Origin: Gammaproteobacteria bacterium
GTDB lineage: Bacteria > Pseudomonadota > Gammaproteobacteria > UBA4575
Reading direction: 5' to 3'
NCBI GenBank assembly: GCA_029253965.1
Contig: JAQWYM010000038.1
Coordinates: 914 to 64,913, forward strand
Length of the DNA stretch: 64,000 bases
The notes below the pieces were generated by a model. It did no database searches. It was given only the letters and a program-made list of their open reading frames with translations, and was not told the DNA's origin. Shown here in pieces: positions 1-8,791 of the stretch. Numbering within the stretch: the first letter of the stretch is position 1; the number at the start of each line of letters is the position of its first letter. The position numbers and the translations under genes were made by a program.

Positions 1-351
1 CAAGTCGATTACATTAACGCTCATGGCACTTCAACCCCAGCAGGAGATTCTGCAGAGACTGATGGTGTGAAGGCGGCTTTGGGTGATCACGCCTATAAAG
101 TGGCAGTGAGCTCAACGAAGTCAATGACCGGTCACTTATTGGGTGCTGCGGGTGGCATTGAAGCTTTGTTCACCGTACTGGCTATCCATGATCAAGTCTT
201 GCCACCAACGATTAACTACGACACGCCAGATCCTGCTTGTGATCTAGACTATGTGCCAAATGTTGCTCGTGATGCGAAGATTGAATACGCCATTTCCAAT
301 TCCTTTGGCTTTGGTGGAACTAACGGTACGGTTGCGTTTAAGCGTCTCTAA
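1..351 (+). CDS. fabF: 3-oxoacyl-ACP synthase II, C-terminal fragment (5' end lies outside the window)
   Basis: Frame 1 is open from base 1 ([16 protein letters not shown]...). KAS motifs [22 protein letters not shown] and [10 protein letters not shown] are present. The gene sits upstream of pabC-mltG-tmk-holB, as in E. coli. Confidence 0.9.
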   Translation, partial: QVDYINAHGTSTPAGDSAETDGVKAALGDHAYKVAVSSTKSMTGHLLGAAGGIEALFTVLAIHDQVLPPTINYDTPDPACDLDYVPNVARDAKIEYAISNSFGFGGTNGTVAFKRL

Positions 352-426
352 AGTTCATTCAAATTGCGTGTGGGAATTGTACTTCCCACACGCGACTTTC
401 TCTGTTGCTGTGATAACCTAGCGTCT

Positions 427-1254
427 ATGCTAGTTAACGGTAAACCACAAACAACTATTGCGCTCAGCGACCGCGGTCTGCTGTATGGCGATGGTGTCTT
501 CGAAACCTTCCTCTGCGAACAGGGGCAGCCACTCTTATTCGATTTGCATATGCAGCGATTACAGCGAGGTTGTCAGCGACTTTCATTGAGCCTGCAAGAT
601 AGTGCTGTGATACGTCAGGAAATTGAACAGGTGGCAGCAAATAAAGATGCTGTAATCCGTGTCAGTGTGACTCGTGGAGAACGAGTCCGTGGCTATCGAT
701 ATGAACGCACTGATATGAGTTTTAATCGTATTGTGATGCGGGATGATCATCGTCCTAGCCCTTCGAGCAACACAGAGCAAGGCATCGCACTTTATCTTTG
801 CCAGCACCGCCTGCCACAACATGCGGTGCTGGCTGGTATTAAGCACCTAAACCGATTGGATCAAGTGTTAGCACGCAGTGAATGGGATAGTGACTATGCT
901 GAAGGTCTACTGCTGAATGATCTTGGTGAGGTAATTGAAGGCTGTATGAGTAATCTCTTTGTGCTGCGTGATAATATCTGGACCACACCGGACCTTAGTC
1001 ATAGTGGTGTCGATGGTGTGATGCGTGATTATTTACTTGGGGCTGCTAGTGAGTGTGGCCAAAGCTGTCAAATAGACAAGCTAGAGTTGGTTGATTTACT
1101 CGAAGCTGAGGCAATGTTCCTCTGTAACAGTGTTATTGGTATTTGGCCTGTGCTTAGTTTCCAAAAGCAGCACTACAATAGTGTTCAAAAAGTGCAGCCA
1201 TTCATGCATCACTTGCATGAGAAGCTTTCCATCCTTTATCCCGCAGGCTTATGA
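427..1254 (+). CDS. pabC: Aminodeoxychorismate lyase (class IV aminotransferase fold)
   Basis: Shows MLVNGK..DRGLLYGDGVFET, the IRVSVTRG..RGY motif and a conserved position after fabF. I prefer the ATG at 427 over the TTG at 364 given in the ORF track. Confidence 0.8.
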   Translation: MLVNGKPQTTIALSDRGLLYGDGVFETFLCEQGQPLLFDLHMQRLQRGCQRLSLSLQDSAVIRQEIEQVAANKDAVIRVSVTRGERVRGYRYERTDMSFNRIVMRDDHRPSPSSNTEQGIALYLCQHRLPQHAVLAGIKHLNRLDQVLARSEWDSDYAEGLLLNDLGEVIEGCMSNLFVLRDNIWTTPDLSHSGVDGVMRDYLLGAASECGQSCQIDKLELVDLLEAEAMFLCNSVIGIWPVLSFQKQHYNSVQKVQPFMHHLHEKLSILYPAGL

Positions 1255-2258
1255 AGCAAACGTTTTTTTCAGCTTGGGTTCTCTCTTTACTAGTCATGCT
1301 GTTAAGCACTATTACTCTGTATGGCGGTTATCGTTATCTCATTTTTACTGCCTTAGATGACACTGCCTTGGGCTATGAATTTAGTGTCTCAAAAGGTAGT
1401 GGTTTAAAACAAATCGCGGCTCAGTTATCAGAAAAAGAATTGATTAGAAGTGCGCTTGGCTTTGAGATTTACGCGCGCCTGCAAGGTCGATCCAATCAAT
1501 TGCAGTCGGGTGAGTACAGTTTAACGGCAGCGATGAGTAGTGAGCAGATTTTAGCGCGTTTGGTGAGTGGTGAAGTCGTTCGATATACAATTACTGTGCC
1601 GGAAGGTAAGCGCTTTGCTGATTTTTGGCAGCTGCTTAGAGAGCATCCGAAGATTATCCCTGCCTTAGCTAATCCTTTAGCATTAGCGCAGGAGCTGGGC
1701 CTGACTAATGTCAGCCAATTAGAGGGCCAGTTCCTGCCCGAAACCTTCAGTTTTATCGCAGGGACTGAAGATCGCCATATATTCGCTCAGAGTTATCAGT
1801 TAATGCAGCGCTATGTTAATCAGCGATGGCAGCAATGGGGGCAACAATCAGCCCTGAAGTCAGCACAGGAGGTGCTTATTCTAGCCTCTATAATCGAGAA
1901 GGAGACGGCTTTGCGTTCTGAACAACCAAGGATTGCTGGAGTGTTTCTAAACCGCTTAAAACGCGGTATGCGGCTGCAGACAGATCCGACCGTGATCTAT
2001 GGTCTAGGAGATGACTATCAGGGTGATATTAAATATGAACATCTGCGACGAGATACGCCTTATAACACCTACACACGCTCTGGTCTGCCGGTAACAGCTA
2101 TTGCCCTTGCGGGACGTCATGCCATCGATGCCGTCTTGCAACCACAACAGCATGAAGAGCTATACTTTGTCTCTAGAGGAGATGGTAGCCATGTCTTTTC
2201 AAAAAGCTACGAAGAGCATCAACAGGCTGTTAACAAATATCAACCCAAGAGAAAGTAA
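1251..2258 (+). CDS. mltG: Endolytic murein transglycosylase MltG (YceG family)
   Basis: N-terminal TM segment. YceG motifs ASIIEKET, GVFLNRL..MRLQTDPTV.Y and YNTY...GLP are present. It overlaps the pabC stop by 4 nt. Confidence 0.9.
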   Translation: MKQTFFSAWVLSLLVMLLSTITLYGGYRYLIFTALDDTALGYEFSVSKGSGLKQIAAQLSEKELIRSALGFEIYARLQGRSNQLQSGEYSLTAAMSSEQILARLVSGEVVRYTITVPEGKRFADFWQLLREHPKIIPALANPLALAQELGLTNVSQLEGQFLPETFSFIAGTEDRHIFAQSYQLMQRYVNQRWQQWGQQSALKSAQEVLILASIIEKETALRSEQPRIAGVFLNRLKRGMRLQTDPTVIYGLGDDYQGDIKYEHLRRDTPYNTYTRSGLPVTAIALAGRHAIDAVLQPQQHEELYFVSRGDGSHVFSKSYEEHQQAVNKYQPKRK

Positions 2259-2887
2259 TGTCGGCTTGTTTGATCACATTTGAAGGTATCGAAGGCGCAG
2301 GTAAAACGACCCATATGCAGTTTGCTAGAGACTATCTTGAAAAACAGGGGGTCTCCGTAGTGCAGACTAGAGAGCCGGGTGGTACCGAGCTTGGCGAGCG
2401 TGTTCGCGGCTTGCTACTAGATGATGATCTACCTGCAATGGCAGCGAAAACTGAGCTTATGTTGATGTTTGCTGCTCGTGTTGAGCATATTAATAAAGTG
2501 ATTCAGCCCGCCTTAGAACAAGGCCAATGGGTCTTGAGTGATCGTTTTTACGACGCGAGCTATGCTTATCAAGGCTATGGTCGCGGCATGGATCTAGCGC
2601 TAATTGACCAACTGAAGACATTCTCTGTAGGTGATCTCAAACCGGATTTAAGTCTGCTATTTGATTTAGATCTTGAGACCAGCGCAGCACGCGTTAGTGG
2701 CCGTGGCAAGGCGGATCGTTTTGAACAAGAACAGGCGGAGTTCTTTTCTAGAGTGCGTGCTGGCTATTTAGCATTAGCAAAACAAGAGCCCGAGCGCATA
2801 CAGATTCTTGATGCCTGCCAAACGATCACTGAGGTGCAGCAGGGGATAGTGATACATCTTGCGGCCTTACTGAAAGAGAAAAGTTGA
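2258..2887 (+). CDS. tmk: Thymidylate kinase
   Basis: P-loop FEGIEGAGKTT, the REPGGT motif and the DRF..S..AYQG motif. Start and stop overlap the neighbouring genes. Confidence 0.93.
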   Translation: MSACLITFEGIEGAGKTTHMQFARDYLEKQGVSVVQTREPGGTELGERVRGLLLDDDLPAMAAKTELMLMFAARVEHINKVIQPALEQGQWVLSDRFYDASYAYQGYGRGMDLALIDQLKTFSVGDLKPDLSLLFDLDLETSAARVSGRGKADRFEQEQAEFFSRVRAGYLALAKQEPERIQILDACQTITEVQQGIVIHLAALLKEKS

Positions 2888-3873
2888 TGCAGACTCCCTT
2901 GTATTCATGGCAGATAACCCAATGGCAGCAGTTTCTTCAGAGGATGCAGAGCGATACTCTGGCACATGCTATTTTGTTAACGGGTGTCTCTGGTATTGGA
3001 AAATTACATTTTGCACAAGCCTTGGTAGCCGCTAACTTCTGTCTGCAACTAGACTCAGCAGGCTTTGCCTGCAAACAATGTAAAAACTGTCATTTACTCG
3101 CAGCGGATACTTATCCTGATTTTATCTCTATAAAACCGAGTGAAGAGAATAATAAGACTACCGTTGATGAGATCCGTGGTTTGATCTCAAAACTAGCACT
3201 AACCAGACATTTTGACCGTAAAAAAATCGCCCTTATTCAACACGCTGATCGGATGAATACGAATGCGGCTAATGCACTGCTGAAAACCTTGGAAGAGCCA
3301 CCGCCTGAGACGATACTAATCTTGCTGACAGATAAACCGCAGGCCTTACCAGCGACAATCCGCAGCCGTTGCCAACAAACTAGTTTAAACCTACCTGATG
3401 AGGCAGAAGCTTTGTCTTGGCTGCAAATTCAGAACCCTACTACTCGCTGGGAATCCTTGCTCAAATTAGCGCAGGGTGCACCCTTGGCGGCCTTAGATTT
3501 ATTGCAAAGTGATTTGGTTGAGCAACGACATTTAGTGGTCTCTAGCAGCCTCAAGCTGTTTGAAGGACAGGCGTCAGTAGCCCTGTTGTCAGCCGAATTG
3601 GAATCAATTCCAGTGCCGCAGATAATGGCTTGGCTGCAATCTGTTATTGCTGACCTGATGCGTATTAAAGCGATGGATAATCCACCGAGCCTAGAAAACC
3701 CCGATTTTTATCGTCATCTGTTGGCAATTGCACCCCGTATGACGGTTGCATCTCTACAGCAGCTGTGGGAGTTTCTACTGCAACGGAGTCGTATCTTTGA
3801 TGCCAGTCTAAATCGCCGCTTATTTGTTGAGGATGTATTAATACAGTGTCGTAACGGTCATAAGCTGGCTTGA
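2884..3873 (+). CDS. holB: DNA polymerase III delta-prime subunit
   Basis: HA.LL.G..GIGK box, a Cys cluster (C..CK.C..C), ANALLKTLEEPP and the T.RSRCQ sensor motif. Synteny after tmk supports the call. Confidence 0.85.
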   Translation: MMQTPLYSWQITQWQQFLQRMQSDTLAHAILLTGVSGIGKLHFAQALVAANFCLQLDSAGFACKQCKNCHLLAADTYPDFISIKPSEENNKTTVDEIRGLISKLALTRHFDRKKIALIQHADRMNTNAANALLKTLEEPPPETILILLTDKPQALPATIRSRCQQTSLNLPDEAEALSWLQIQNPTTRWESLLKLAQGAPLAALDLLQSDLVEQRHLVVSSSLKLFEGQASVALLSAELESIPVPQIMAWLQSVIADLMRIKAMDNPPSLENPDFYRHLLAIAPRMTVASLQQLWEFLLQRSRIFDASLNRRLFVEDVLIQCRNGHKLA

Positions 3874-3907
3874 TAACTGAATGGCTTGGAACTGTGTTTG
3901 CTCAAAT

Positions 3908-3978
3908 AGCCCTGTTTAAAAGGTACTATAGGGCAGCCTTAAAAGGTACTATAGGGCAGCCTTAAAAGGGACTATTTA
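3908..3978. repeat. About 23-bp tandem direct repeat, 3 copies (AGCCTTAAAAGGTACTATAGGGC; the outer copies are imperfect)
   Basis: Read directly. The middle copy (3935-3957) shares its last 18 nt exactly with copy 1. Copy 1 carries a 4-nt insertion and copy 3 has substitutions. The array ends 13 nt before the msrQ start. Confidence 0.85.
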
Positions 3979-3991
3979 TCATTAGGACGTC

Positions 3992-4609
3992 ATGCGTTTA
4001 TCTGAAGTAGACCGCTGTTTGCAGCGCTATACCGAGACCCGCTTAATTAAAGCAGCTGTTATAGCCCTAATAGCGATACCGATGTTGCTGCTGTGCTGGC
4101 AGTTTCTGCAAGATGAGCTGGGAGCGAATCCGATTGAAGAGATCACTCATCAGTCTGGCAACTGGGCCTTAATGTTGTTACTTATGAGCTTAAGTGTTAG
4201 CCCGTTACGACGTCAGTTTGGGCTGCATTTTCTACAAAGCTATCGACGAATTCTAGGCCTGGCTACTTTTGCCTATGGCTGCTTTCATTTCAGTATTTAT
4301 TTATTTCTAGATCAATTCCTTGATTATGCAGCGATCGCTGAAGATATTTTAGAGCGGCCTTATATTACTCTGGGTATGACTGCGCTGATGCTGATGATAC
4401 CGCTGGCTTTGACCTCGACAAAGGCAATGCAACAGCGCTTACAGCAGCGTTGGAATCAACTGCATCGTCTGAGCTATGTGATCGCTTTGCTCGCTGTGGC
4501 GCACTTTTGGTGGCTAGTCAAAGCCGATATTCGTCAGCCCTTGATATTTGCTGCGATATTACTCGTCTTATTAGGCTACCGCTATTTAGTTTGGTTACGC
4601 GCAAAATAG
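3992..4609 (+). CDS. msrQ: MsrQ/YedZ-like heme b membrane subunit (ferric-reductase-like TM domain)
   Basis: Six predicted TM segments with conserved His residues (CFHFSIY, VAHFWW), typical of YedZ. No msrP/yedY gene is adjacent. Confidence 0.7.
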   Translation: MRLSEVDRCLQRYTETRLIKAAVIALIAIPMLLLCWQFLQDELGANPIEEITHQSGNWALMLLLMSLSVSPLRRQFGLHFLQSYRRILGLATFAYGCFHFSIYLFLDQFLDYAAIAEDILERPYITLGMTALMLMIPLALTSTKAMQQRLQQRWNQLHRLSYVIALLAVAHFWWLVKADIRQPLIFAAILLVLLGYRYLVWLRAK

Positions 4610-4699
4610 CGTAGAATACAAAGCATAACAGCGCACGGATTTGTCTAGTTGTGACTCCGCTAGTGTTCCTTTAATTTACAGTTCCAGAGCAAATTTATT

Positions 4700-6082
4700 A
4701 TGTCTGCAAGTGATACACCAGATACTTGGAAATCTACACATGATGATCTAGTAAAGCGAGATTTAGCTCATGTCTGGCATCCCTGCACACAGATGAAAGA
4801 CCATGAAGATTTCCCAATTATTCCAATTAAAAGTGGCCAAGGTGTATGGCTGCATGACTTTAAAGGAAATCGATATTTAGACGGTATTAGTTCTTGGTGG
4901 GTTAATCTATTCGGTCATTCTAACCCTGCTATTAGTGAAGCGATTAAGCAGCAAGCTGACACCTTGGAACATGTCTTGTTAGCCGGTTTTTCACATGAAC
5001 CCGTGATTCGCCTATCCGAACGACTAGCACAGATTACACCCGCTGGACTAGAAAAATGCTTCTATGCTGATAATGGTTCTTCCGCAGTTGAAGTGGCACT
5101 AAAAATGAGTTTTCACTATTGGCATAATATTGGTGAAAAGAAAAAGACAAAATTTGTTGCCCTAAAAAACTCTTATCATGGCGAAACCTTAGGTGCCTTA
5201 TCAGTCGGTGATGTTGAGTTATATAAAGAAATATACCAACCACTCTTACTCGATGTGATTACAGTTGAGGGGGCTGATAGTTATGATCAACTAGAAGATG
5301 AGTCTGCAGCTGAGTTTGCTGCGCGTAAATTTGTTGCCATGGAACAGTTGCTCGCTGAGCAGCATACTGAAATCTGTGCGGTCATCGTTGAGCCGCTGGT
5401 GCAATGTGCTGGCAATATGCGCATGTATCCACCTGAATACCTGACACTGCTGAGAGCAGCCTGTGATCGCTATGGCGTGCATTTGATTGCCGATGAAATT
5501 GCGGTTGGATTTGGGCGCACAGGCACATTGTTTGCCTGTGAGCAGGCAAATATTAGCCCTGATTTTATGTGCCTTTCAAAAGGCTTAACAGGCGGGTATT
5601 TGCCATTATCAGTAGTCATGACCACTGAAAAAATCTATCAAGCTTTCTATGGTGACTATGCAGGAATGAAGGCCTTTTTACATTCCCATTCATACACTGG
5701 AAATGCTCTAGCCTGTGCGGCGGCTTTGGCCACCTTAGATCAATTTGAATCACGCGATACCATAAAAGAAAATCAAAAGTTAATAGCTAAGATTAAAGCC
5801 TGTGGCGAACGTTTTAGAGATCATCCTAATGTCGGTGATATTCGTCAGACTGGGATGATTTTTGCGATTGAGTTGGTGGCCGATAAAACAACGCGCGAAG
5901 CCTTTCCATGGCAGCAGCGTCGTGGTCTTCGTGCACATCGATTTGCACTGGAAAAAGAACTCTTATTACGACCATTAGGTAACGTCATATACTTTATGCC
6001 ACCTTATGTGATTACCGAGGCCGAGATAGAATGGGTGTTCGATATTATGGCGCAGGCAGTTGAGGTTGCTGTGCATGACTAA
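4700..6082 (+). CDS. bioA: Adenosylmethionine-8-amino-7-oxononanoate aminotransferase
   Basis: Class III aminotransferase with HVWHPCTQM, SSWWVNLFGH, the ADEIAVGFGRTG motif and the PLP lysine context LSKGLTGGYLP. Confidence 0.88.
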   Translation: MSASDTPDTWKSTHDDLVKRDLAHVWHPCTQMKDHEDFPIIPIKSGQGVWLHDFKGNRYLDGISSWWVNLFGHSNPAISEAIKQQADTLEHVLLAGFSHEPVIRLSERLAQITPAGLEKCFYADNGSSAVEVALKMSFHYWHNIGEKKKTKFVALKNSYHGETLGALSVGDVELYKEIYQPLLLDVITVEGADSYDQLEDESAAEFAARKFVAMEQLLAEQHTEICAVIVEPLVQCAGNMRMYPPEYLTLLRAACDRYGVHLIADEIAVGFGRTGTLFACEQANISPDFMCLSKGLTGGYLPLSVVMTTEKIYQAFYGDYAGMKAFLHSHSYTGNALACAAALATLDQFESRDTIKENQKLIAKIKACGERFRDHPNVGDIRQTGMIFAIELVADKTTREAFPWQQRRGLRAHRFALEKELLLRPLGNVIYFMPPYVITEAEIEWVFDIMAQAVEVAVHD

Positions 6083-6115
6083 AAACCTTACCGCTATCGT
6101 CAATGGAGATCTAAG

Positions 6116-7066
6116 ATGAGATTAATCATAATTTTTTGTTTGCTATCACTGTTTGCCGCCAAGGTCTCTGCTGACACTTATCACTATCAAGTAGGTGATG
6201 AAGTTGTGGGTAATATGGGGATTTATGTCCTCAAAGAAAATGATAATTTCTTGGCTCTAGCACAAGAATTGCGGGTCGGCTTTAACGAATTAGTCGAAGC
6301 CAATCGAAATATCGACCCATGGATACCAGAAGCCGGTGAACGCATAATTGTGCCCACCCGTTATGTCTTGCCTAATGTAAAGCAAACAGGTGTGGTGGTT
6401 AATTTAGCAGAGCTAAGACTGTATTATTTTCACCCAGCAGAGGTGGGTAGCCAGTCACTAGCGGTTAGCACCTATCCGATCAGTGTGGGTAAAAGTGAAC
6501 AGTGGGGAACGCCACTGGCTGAAACCAAGATTATTGGTAAAAGAGCAAAGCCGAATTGGTATCCACCAAAATCTATCCGCGCTGAGCATGAGGCTAAGAA
6601 CGATCCATTACCGGCAGTGGTGCCGGCAGGGCCTGATAACCCTTTAGGTGACTATGCCATACGTCTAGGACTGCCTGGCTACCTAATTCATGGCACCAAT
6701 GTGCCTGATGGTATCGGAATGCGAGTAACTCACGGCTGTATTCGCATGCATCCTAATGGTATTCAGCAGCTTTTCTCAGAGGTAAAGATCAATACACCGG
6801 TACAGATTATCAATCAGCCCTATAAAGTGGGTTGGCATGAAGATCAGCTCTATATTGAAAGTCATGCAGAAACTGAGGAATATCAAAAAGCTGCGTCAAA
6901 GAATTTAACGCAGTTTGTACAGGCGGTTATAAAACAAACTGCTGTTCACACGGCTTATGAAGTAGAAACCGACTGGGAAGAAGCTTATCTGAGGGCGAGG
7001 AATAAGCAGGGCATGCCATTTTCGATTGCTCGGCGTCAGATGAGGGCGGTAGGAGAGGCTGAATAG
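6116..7066 (+). CDS. Periplasmic L,D-transpeptidase (YkuD/ErfK family) with an N-terminal LysM-like segment
   Basis: Signal peptide present. Catalytic motif IHGT....IGMRVTHGCIRM (His and Cys). Confidence 0.85.
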   Translation: MRLIIIFCLLSLFAAKVSADTYHYQVGDEVVGNMGIYVLKENDNFLALAQELRVGFNELVEANRNIDPWIPEAGERIIVPTRYVLPNVKQTGVVVNLAELRLYYFHPAEVGSQSLAVSTYPISVGKSEQWGTPLAETKIIGKRAKPNWYPPKSIRAEHEAKNDPLPAVVPAGPDNPLGDYAIRLGLPGYLIHGTNVPDGIGMRVTHGCIRMHPNGIQQLFSEVKINTPVQIINQPYKVGWHEDQLYIESHAETEEYQKAASKNLTQFVQAVIKQTAVHTAYEVETDWEEAYLRARNKQGMPFSIARRQMRAVGEAE

Positions 7067-7100
7067 GGTTTTAGGTATGACTCTTATAAATTAAAGACGA

Positions 7101-7130
7101 AAAAAAGGCCTCTAGAAGAGGCCTTTTTTA
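7101..7130. terminator. Bidirectional rho-independent terminator between convergent genes
   Basis: AAAAAAAGGCCTCT-AGA-AGAGGCCTTTTTT: a perfect 8-bp GC-rich stem flanked by an A run and a T run. Confidence 0.85.
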
Positions 7131-7151
7131 TACTCAATAAAAAGTTAAGGA

Positions 7152-7466
7152 TTACTTAGCTTTCATTGTGTCGTGGAACATCACGTTAGCACGACGAGTA
7201 TTTGCATCAGCAGTATCCTGAGCCATAGTCGCTAATTCTACTGCTAAATCAGCAGTTTCTTGAGCGCCTAATGCCATGTCTTTAGCAACAGATGCGTTGT
7301 AACCCGCAGTGTTAGCTGTGCGTAGTGCTTCATTCGCAATCTCGCGAACTTCATCTAATGGATTAGCACCATTAGCAGTTGTAGAATTTACAGTACAACC
7401 GGTAGCGATAACAACAGTTCCAGCTAGTGCTATGGCTTGAAGAGATTTCAGTAGCTTTGCTTGCAT
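7152..7466 (-). CDS. Small alanine-rich outer-membrane lipoprotein, Lpp/OprI-like, with a C-terminal Lys
   Basis: Lipobox LAGTVVIATG|C follows the start MQAKLLK (ATG at 7466). The mature part is Ala-rich and looks helical. The protein ends ...TMKAK. The upstream extension in the ORF track has no signal-peptide logic. Confidence 0.6.
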   Translation of the reverse strand: MQAKLLKSLQAIALAGTVVIATGCTVNSTTANGANPLDEVREIANEALRTANTAGYNASVAKDMALGAQETADLAVELATMAQDTADANTRRANVMFHDTMKAK

Positions 7467-7813
7467 TTCTTGACTCCAGGGTTTGTGTATCGTGGATAAT
7501 ACCACTTTATAATTTATTATTAGTATGAAAAATCTAGCTACCAAAGAGATCAATCAAGATCCTATGAAAGATTAATCAATATCATTCTTTCCTTCAGTAG
7601 ATAGCCCCATTCTATGTAAATTTCTAGAAGATACCAATAGTTTTAACTATAAATTCGCCACGTTCTTTAATCTCTGCATAGTTTGTTGTCGCTATTTGGT
7701 CGTTTGTTTGAGCATTTATTCATCAAGTTGTTTGAAACAGACTGCTCTCGAGCCAACAATAAGCATGAATTAGCGTATTATTATAATTATGAGCCATTTG
7801 CTAAGGAGAGGCT

Positions 7814-8236
7814 GTGGGCGAATTTGTTAGTGTCACCAAAGCAGCACATATTGTGGGTATTTCCATTGATCAAATGCACCAGCAGATCAATGATGGTGTA
7901 TTAAGTACCGCGCGAGGCATGATTCACCTTGATGACCTACGCCAGTGCTACCCTAATATTAAGATTGATGGGGTTGATATGGTGGCTTGGGTGAATAAGA
8001 TCAAAGATGGTTCATTAAGCCAAGGATCAGATAAACCACCTAATGAGATGAATCGTTCAGAACTCGTCGCTCAATTGCAAAAAGCACGACTGGAAACGGC
8101 CTACCAGCGTAATCGCGTGAAAAAGCATGAACAGATTTTAGTTAGCCTGCGACAGAGCTTATTACATTTGAAAGAGCATTCAACTGAGCCTAATCAGTTA
8201 CAAAGCCTAATTTCATGGATTAATCGCCAGTTATAG
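7814..8236 (+). CDS. Hypothetical protein with an N-terminal helix-turn-helix-like segment and a coiled-coil C-terminus
   Basis: GTG start. VSVTKAAHIVGISIDQMHQQINDG resembles MerR/excisionase-type HTH motifs. No further family recognised. Confidence 0.35.
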   Translation: MGEFVSVTKAAHIVGISIDQMHQQINDGVLSTARGMIHLDDLRQCYPNIKIDGVDMVAWVNKIKDGSLSQGSDKPPNEMNRSELVAQLQKARLETAYQRNRVKKHEQILVSLRQSLLHLKEHSTEPNQLQSLISWINRQL

Positions 8237-8247
8237 ACTGAGGTTGA

Positions 8248-8601
<354 letters not shown>

Positions 8602-8791
8602 CTACTAACTTGGTTATCAAGCTAATCAGGTTAAAGCAAGAGGCAGCTGAGTGAAAGCGGCTAGGATGTTGTATTGGCTGTTGATAAGTGGTTTCTAGTG
8701 ACATCGATTATTTAATACAGAGTGGCTGCAAAGCTTCAGCTATAGCATTATGGATGCGAAGGTTTTTTAATTTTCTCAGGAAAGTGAGCTC

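Noticed and set aside
364-426. TTG-initiated N-terminal extension of pabC in the ORF track (MRVGIVLPTRDFLCCC...)
   Set aside because: The extension starts 12 nt after the fabF stop and has no PabC-like sequence. The conserved N-terminus begins at the ATG at 427. Similar upstream extensions were trimmed for the genes at 7152, 15115, 19809, 26689, 28441, 30981, 46233, 49510, 51437, 54236 and 58631.
3908-3978. Possible mini CRISPR array
   Set aside because: The repeats are directly abutting with no spacers, number only about three and are degenerate. No cas genes are present. This is a simple tandem repeat.
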